Assembly: GCF_000007145.1 (NCBI RefSeq)
Contig: NC_003902.1
Span: 280,325-312,324 of the forward strand
Source: Xanthomonas campestris pv. campestris str. ATCC 33913
Lineage (GTDB): Bacteria > Pseudomonadota > Gammaproteobacteria > Xanthomonadales > Xanthomonadaceae
Direction of reading: 5' to 3'
Length of the DNA stretch: 32,000 nt
Shown piece by piece: positions 24,911 to 32,000 of the stretch (positions are counted from its first letter, which is position 1; the number at the start of each line of letters is the position of its first letter). The notes beneath the pieces are model-generated. The model did no database searches, had not been told where the DNA came from, and saw only the letters and a program-made list of their open reading frames with translations. The translations under genes were made by a program, and so were the position numbers.

Positions 24911-27004
24911 CTACTTCCGAATCGCCTGCGTATGCGTCTTCAATGCATCGGCCAGGCCAGTGATGCGGTCTGCGCCCTCGGGCACGGTGATGCTGGAGCC
25001 TTCGAAGTCCGCGCCGATGGGTTGTGCGCGGCCGCCCAGGCATTGGCTCAGGAACCCTTCGGTCACTGCGTTGAACGCCTTGCTGTTCTCCGGGCGCTGG
25101 AAGCCGTGGCCTTCATCGGGGAACAGCACGTAGGTCACCGGGATGTTCTTGGCCTTCATCGCGTTGACGATCTGGTCGCTTTCGGCCTGTTTGACGCGCG
25201 GGTCGTTGGCGCCCTGGCCAATCAGCAGCGGTTTGCTGATCTTGTCGACGTGGCTGAGCGGCGAGCGCTCGGTGAGCCACTGCTTGCCGGCGGCGGTGGC
25301 CGGGTCACCCATGCGCTTGGTCAGTTGCTTGTAGAAGCTGGCCCAATAGGGCGGCACGGTGCCGAGCAAGGTGTTGAGGTTGGCCGGGCCCACGATGTCC
25401 ACGCCGCACTTGAACGCGTCCGGGGTGAAGGTCATGCCCACCAGCGTCGCGTACCCGCCGTAGCTACCGCCCATGATGGCGACGTCCTGCGGCGTGGTGA
25501 CGCCCTGCTTGACCGCCCATTGCACCGCGTCGAGCAGGTCGTAGTGCATCTTGCCGGCCCACTCGCCGTTGCCGGCGTTGGTGAACGCCTTGCCGAAGCC
25601 GGTGGAGCCGCGGAAGTTCACCGACAGCACTGCGTAGCCGCGGTTGGCCAGCCATTGCTCGTACGCGCCATAGCCATAACTGTCGCGCGCCCACGGGCCG
25701 CCGTGCACGAACAGCACCAACGGCACTGCTTTATCGGCCTTGCCATCATGGTTGCTGTCGGCCTCGGCCGGTAGCGACAGGTAGCTGACCAGTTTTAGGC
25801 CGTCGCGTGCGGCAATCTCCTGCGGCCACATCGGCACCAACGGTTTGCCCTCCAGCGCCGGGCGTGCGGAGAACAGCTTGGTGAGCTTGCCGCCATCGGC
25901 ACGGTCGTAGCGGTAGTAGGTCAGCGGGGTTTCGGCGGCCGAATAGGCGACGATCCAGGTGCGGTCATCGAGCGTGCGTGCGGCAATGCCGGCATCGCCT
26001 GGGCCGAGGGATTTGAGCTTCTGCAGGTCGGCGGCGATGCTGGTGTCCAGCGTCTTCCACTCTTCGCGCAGATAGTCGGTGGACACGGCCTGCACCACGC
26101 CGGTCTTGGGGTCGTTCAAGGTGCTGCCGGCATCGGCGCGCGCGTCTTCGAACAGCAGCGTGCGTGCATTGCTGGCGGTGTCGATCGCGTACAGCGCGGC
26201 GGTATCGCGGTTACGCGAGTCCAGCATGTAGAGCGTCTTGCCGTCATCGGTGAGGCCGGCCGGCGCGGTATTGGTGACATCCTCGAACGGGATGCGGTCC
26301 ACGCTCTTCCAACCCTTGCCCTCGGGCACCAGTAACTCGCGGCCGGCGTCATCGGTGGCGCGGGTGGCGTAGCGCAGCTGGTAATTGCCATCGAGCAGGT
26401 AGCTGTCCAGGCTGTCGGTGTTCTTCTGCACCAGGGTGCGTGTGCCCGAGGCCAGTTCGACCTTGTACAGGTCGTGCCATTTGGCATCCCGATCGTTCAT
26501 GCCGACCATGATCGCGTCCGGATGCTGGTCGCTGATGCCGTACACCTCGGCGTTGGTCTTCTTGAACGGGGTGAGGTCCTTGCTGCTGCCATCGCTGAGG
26601 TTGACGGCATAGAGGTGGAAGTCCTCATCGCCGCCGGTGTCGCGCAGATAGAGCAAGGTGTCGCTGTGATAGGTCCAGTAATAACTGCGGATGCCGCGTG
26701 CGGTGTCCTTGGTGATGGCGCGCGCCTTGTCCGGCGCGTCGACCGGCGCCACCCACACGTTGAGCACGCCATCCAGTGGCGCGACCCAGCTGAGATATTT
26801 GCCATCGGGGCTGATGCGCACGCTGGCGCGCTCGGGATTGCCGAACAGGGCGTCGCGCGGGATCAATTCGGGCGCTGTGGCCGGCGCAGTCGCTGCCGGT
26901 GCCGCAGCGGGGGCGGCGGCGTCAGCGGTGTTGGCGGGCGCGGATTTGTCGCTGCAGGCGCTGAGCGCCAGGAGCAGGCTGGATGCGAGAAGCAGGCGTT
27001 GCAT
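24911..27004 (-). CDS. S9-family serine peptidase (prolyl oligopeptidase / dipeptidyl aminopeptidase type), lipoprotein
   Basis: 697 aa. It has a lipobox (LLLALSAC), an N-terminal beta-propeller-like region, and a C-terminal alpha/beta hydrolase domain with the triad contexts GGSYGGY (Ser), GANDPRV (Asp) and DEGHGF (His). Confidence 0.9.
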   Translation of the reverse strand: MQRLLLASSLLLALSACSDKSAPANTADAAAPAAAPAATAPATAPELIPRDALFGNPERASVRISPDGKYLSWVAPLDGVLNVWVAPVDAPDKARAITKDTARGIRSYYWTYHSDTLLYLRDTGGDEDFHLYAVNLSDGSSKDLTPFKKTNAEVYGISDQHPDAIMVGMNDRDAKWHDLYKVELASGTRTLVQKNTDSLDSYLLDGNYQLRYATRATDDAGRELLVPEGKGWKSVDRIPFEDVTNTAPAGLTDDGKTLYMLDSRNRDTAALYAIDTASNARTLLFEDARADAGSTLNDPKTGVVQAVSTDYLREEWKTLDTSIAADLQKLKSLGPGDAGIAARTLDDRTWIVAYSAAETPLTYYRYDRADGGKLTKLFSARPALEGKPLVPMWPQEIAARDGLKLVSYLSLPAEADSNHDGKADKAVPLVLFVHGGPWARDSYGYGAYEQWLANRGYAVLSVNFRGSTGFGKAFTNAGNGEWAGKMHYDLLDAVQWAVKQGVTTPQDVAIMGGSYGGYATLVGMTFTPDAFKCGVDIVGPANLNTLLGTVPPYWASFYKQLTKRMGDPATAAGKQWLTERSPLSHVDKISKPLLIGQGANDPRVKQAESDQIVNAMKAKNIPVTYVLFPDEGHGFQRPENSKAFNAVTEGFLSQCLGGRAQPIGADFEGSSITVPEGADRITGLADALKTHTQAIRK

Positions 27005-27106
27005 GAAAGCCTCCGGAGGGAACCTCGGCCAATCCAGCCGAAGCAGCCACGCTAGAGGCAGCGGCCGCCCCGGGGAACGTGCCGTTGGTCACGCTGGCGG
27101 ATGCAA

Positions 27107-29149
<2,043 letters not shown>

Positions 29150-29254
29150 GGCAAAGCTCTCTGCACGCCGCCGTGGTGGCGGGTGGAAGGTCGAAGAAGA
29201 AACAACCGCTGCGGCAGGTCACTGCCCATCACGGCGCACTCCAAAGCTGCATCG

Positions 29255-29324
29255 TTGCATTGCGTTGCATTGCGTTGCATTGCGTTGCATTGCATTGCAT
29301 TGCATTGCATTGCATTGCACTGCG
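29255..29324. repeat. Pentanucleotide microsatellite, 14 units: (TTGCA TTGCG)x3, (TTGCA)x7, CTGCG
   Basis: Read directly from the sequence. It lies inside the 293-bp non-coding gap between the mccB stop (29443) and the mccA start (29149). Confidence 0.9.
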
Positions 29325-29442
29325 CCGGCACGGCGCTGTGGTGCGTACGCACGTGGCGCGCTGCGGCCCCGCAGCCGAAAACACTCCTGCGTGTATCCAC
29401 GCGCATCGTGTCGTTTCGGCGAGCCGGCACGCCGCATCTGCA

Positions 29443-31053
29443 TCACATCCGGAACACGCCGAAGCGCGTGGCGTCGATCGGCGCATTCAAGGCGGCCGAC
29501 AACCCCAGGCCCAGCACGCGGCGGGTATCGGCCGGGTCGATGATGCCGTCGTCCCACAGGCGCGCGCTGGCGTAATACGGGTGGCCTTGCTGTTCGAACT
29601 GCGCACGGATTGGCGATTTGAAGGCTTCTTCGTCGTCGCCCGACCACGCGCCGCCCTTGGCTTCGATGCCATCGCGCCGCACGGTTGCCAACACGCTGGC
29701 AGCCTGTTCGCCGCCCATCACGCCGATCCGCGCATTCGGCCACATCCATAAAAAGTTGGGCGAATACGCGCGGCCGCACATGCCGTAATTGCCGGCGCCG
29801 AACGAGCCGCCAATCACCACGGTGAACTTGGGCACCTTGGCGCAGGCCACGGCCATCACCAGCTTGGCGCCGTCCTTGGCGATGCCGCCGTGCTCGTATT
29901 TACGGCCCACCATGAAGCCGGTGATGTTCTGCAGGAACACCAGCGGAATGCCGCGCTGCGTGCATAGTTCGATGAAATGCGCACCCTTGAGCGCGGACTC
30001 GGAAAACAGGATGCCGTTGTTGGCGATGATGCCAACCGGGTATCCATGCAGGTGCGCAAACCCGGTCACCAGGGTGCTGCCGTAGCGCGGCTTGAATTCG
30101 TCCAGGCGCGAGTCGTCCACGATACGCGCGATCACTTCGCGCACGTCGTAGGGCCTGCGCGTATCAGCCGGAATCACGCCATACAATTCGTCGGCGGCAT
30201 GCCGCGGCGGCAGCGGTGCCTGCACCGCCATGGAGAGCGCAGGCTTGCGCCAGTTGAGTTGCGCAATGATCGCGCGCACCCGTGCCAGCGCCTGTAGATC
30301 GTTGTCGGCGAAATGATCGGCCACCCCGGAAATGCGCGTGTGCACATCCGCACCGCCCAATTCTTCAGCGCTGACTTCTTCACCGGTGGCGGCTTTGACC
30401 AGGGGCGGGCCGCCGAGGAAGATGGTGCCCTGCTCGCGCACGATCACCGTTTCATCGCTCATCGCCGGCACGTACGCGCCGCCCGCGGTGCACGAGCCCA
30501 TCACGCAGGCGATCTGCGGGATGCCTTGCGCAGATAGATTGGCCTGGTTGTAGAAGATGCGGCCGAAGTGATCGCGGTCCGGGAAGACCTCGTCCTGCAG
30601 CGGCAGGAACGCACCGCCGGAGTCGACCAGATAGATGCACGGCAGCCGGTTCTGCTGCGCGATTTCTTGCGCGCGCAGATGCTTCTTCACCGTCATCGGG
30701 TAATAGGTGCCGCCCTTGACGGTGGCATCGTTGGCCACGATCACGCATTCCACCCCGGACACGCGGCCGATCCCGGCCACCACGCCGGCGCAGGGCACCT
30801 GATCGTCGTACATGCCATGCGCAGCCAGCGGCGCAATTTCCAGCAGCGCACCGCCCGGGTCCAGCAGTGCATCGATGCGCGCACGCACCAGCAATTTACC
30901 GCGCGCGGTGTGCTTGGCACGGGCCGCCTCGCTGCCACCCAGCGCGGTGCGCGCCAGCGTGGCACGCAAGTCCTCGACCACCGCGCGCATCGCTGCCGCG
31001 TTGTGCTGGAAGCTCTCGCCGCCCACCTGCAGCTGGCTGTTGATCACGCTCAT
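29443..31053 (-). CDS. mccB: 3-methylcrotonyl-CoA carboxylase beta subunit (carboxyltransferase)
   Basis: 536 aa. It has acyl-CoA carboxyltransferase blocks ([51 protein letters not shown]) and lies 10 nt downstream of ivd. Confidence 0.93.
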   Translation of the reverse strand: MSVINSQLQVGGESFQHNAAAMRAVVEDLRATLARTALGGSEAARAKHTARGKLLVRARIDALLDPGGALLEIAPLAAHGMYDDQVPCAGVVAGIGRVSGVECVIVANDATVKGGTYYPMTVKKHLRAQEIAQQNRLPCIYLVDSGGAFLPLQDEVFPDRDHFGRIFYNQANLSAQGIPQIACVMGSCTAGGAYVPAMSDETVIVREQGTIFLGGPPLVKAATGEEVSAEELGGADVHTRISGVADHFADNDLQALARVRAIIAQLNWRKPALSMAVQAPLPPRHAADELYGVIPADTRRPYDVREVIARIVDDSRLDEFKPRYGSTLVTGFAHLHGYPVGIIANNGILFSESALKGAHFIELCTQRGIPLVFLQNITGFMVGRKYEHGGIAKDGAKLVMAVACAKVPKFTVVIGGSFGAGNYGMCGRAYSPNFLWMWPNARIGVMGGEQAASVLATVRRDGIEAKGGAWSGDDEEAFKSPIRAQFEQQGHPYYASARLWDDGIIDPADTRRVLGLGLSAALNAPIDATRFGVFRM

Positions 31054-31063
31054 GATGGCTCCG

Positions 31064-32000
31064 TCAGGCAGTGCGTTCGAACAACTCGCGGCCGATCAGC
31101 ATGCGCCGGATTTCAGACGTGCCGGCGCCAATCTCGTACAGCTTGGCATCGCGCCACAACCGCCCGGTGGGGTACTCGTTGATGTAGCCGTTGCCGCCCA
31201 GCACCTGGATCGCTTGGCCGGTGAGCCAGGTGGCCTTCTCGGCGGCATACAGAATCGCGCCAGCCGCATCCTGGCGCGTGGTGCGGCCGGCATCGCAGGC
31301 GCGTGCCACGGCATAGACGTACGCACGGCACGCGTTGAGCCCCACGTACATGTCGGCCAGCTTGGCCTGCATCAGCTGGAAGGTGCCGATCGGCTCGCCA
31401 AACTGCTTGCGCTCGTGCACGTACGGCAGCACCACGTCCATGGCCGCGGCCATCAAGCCGAGTGGTCCACCCGCCAGCACCACGCGTTCGAAATCCAGCC
31501 CGGACATCAACACGCGCACGCCGCCGTTGAGCGTGCCCAGCACGTTTTCGGCCGGCACTTCGCAATCGGTGAACACCAGTTCGCAGGTGTTGGAGCCGCG
31601 CATGCCGAGCTTGTCGAGCTTCTGCGCGGTGGAAAACCCGGGCATGCCCTTTTCGACGATGAAGGCAGTGATGCCGCGCGCACCGGCGCTGGGGTCGGTC
31701 TTGGCGTACACCACCAGCACGTCGGCATCGGGGCCATTGGTGATCCACATCTTGCTGCCGTTGAGTACAAAGCGGTCGCCGCGTGCCTCGGCGCGCAGCT
31801 TCATCGACACCACGTCCGAGCCCGAACCGGCCTCGCTCATCGCCAGTGCGCCGACGTGCTCACCGGTGCACAGCTTGGGCAGGTAGCGCTGCTTCTGTTC
31901 GTGGGTGGCGTTCTTGCGCAGCTGGTTGAGGCACAGGTTGGAGTGCGCGCCGTAGGACAGCCCGATCGCACCGCCGGCACGCGAAATTTCTTCCATCGCC
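31064..32000 (-). CDS. ivd: Isovaleryl-CoA dehydrogenase, 5'-truncated by the window edge
   Basis: The C-terminal 311 aa or so of an acyl-CoA dehydrogenase carry IVD-type blocks ([64 protein letters not shown]). The reading frame stays open to position 32000, so the Met at 31996 is internal. Confidence 0.9.
   Translation of the reverse strand, partial: AMEEISRAGGAIGLSYGAHSNLCLNQLRKNATHEQKQRYLPKLCTGEHVGALAMSEAGSGSDVVSMKLRAEARGDRFVLNGSKMWITNGPDADVLVVYAKTDPSAGARGITAFIVEKGMPGFSTAQKLDKLGMRGSNTCELVFTDCEVPAENVLGTLNGGVRVLMSGLDFERVVLAGGPLGLMAAAMDVVLPYVHERKQFGEPIGTFQLMQAKLADMYVGLNACRAYVYAVARACDAGRTTRQDAAGAILYAAEKATWLTGQAIQVLGGNGYINEYPTGRLWRDAKLYEIGAGTSEIRRMLIGRELFERTA

Noticed and set aside
24911-27004. 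The S9 prolyl-oligopeptidase-family enzyme as the leader peptidase or macrocyclase of the adjacent RiPP-like pair.
   Set aside because: It is convergent to the dehydrogenase gene and separated from it by a strong hairpin. It carries a lipoprotein signal, so it sits in the envelope, and it looks like a broadly conserved housekeeping peptidase. Adjacency alone is not evidence. The idea would only be worth revisiting if co-occurrence analysis links the genes.

Overview
High-GC gamma-proteobacterial chromosome. Gene content and order look like Xanthomonas, probably the X. campestris group; that assignment rests on remembered synteny, not on a search. I found no rRNA, tRNA, CRISPR array, transposase or integrase. 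Gene order, left to right: ubiJ-ubiB; truC; an 825-bp non-coding gap holding about 4.4 tandem copies of a roughly 141-bp hairpin-rich repeat; a DUF2059 exported protein; arfB; a PlsC-type acyltransferase; isoaspartyl peptidase; lipoprotein Dcp; an AT-richer 719-aa gene with a type III secretion-like N-terminus (candidate XopN-family effector); an MBL-fold hydrolase divergent from a TetR regulator; VOC/glyoxalase, AraC and LysR genes in tandem; the glyoxylate-shunt genes aceB-aceA; a two-gene cNMP-binding GGDEF plus class III nucleotidyl cyclase module; a divergent pair made of a small Nif11/NHLP-like peptide gene and a SagB-type dehydrogenase; an S9 lipoprotein peptidase; and the leucine-catabolism genes mccA, mccB and ivd (ivd is truncated at the window edge). 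The best candidate for an uncharacterised system is the pair at 23085-24706. It looks like a RiPP-type precursor plus a SagB-like FMN dehydrogenase, with no YcaO/cyclodehydratase, dedicated protease or exporter in the window. Its 3' end overlaps the convergent cyclase gene by 61 bp. Other points of interest: the effector-like island with an imperfect PIP-box-like motif, the 141-bp tandem array, a pentanucleotide microsatellite in the mccB-mccA gap, and several candidate operators and hairpins. All functional calls come from reading motifs in the supplied translations. No database search was run.
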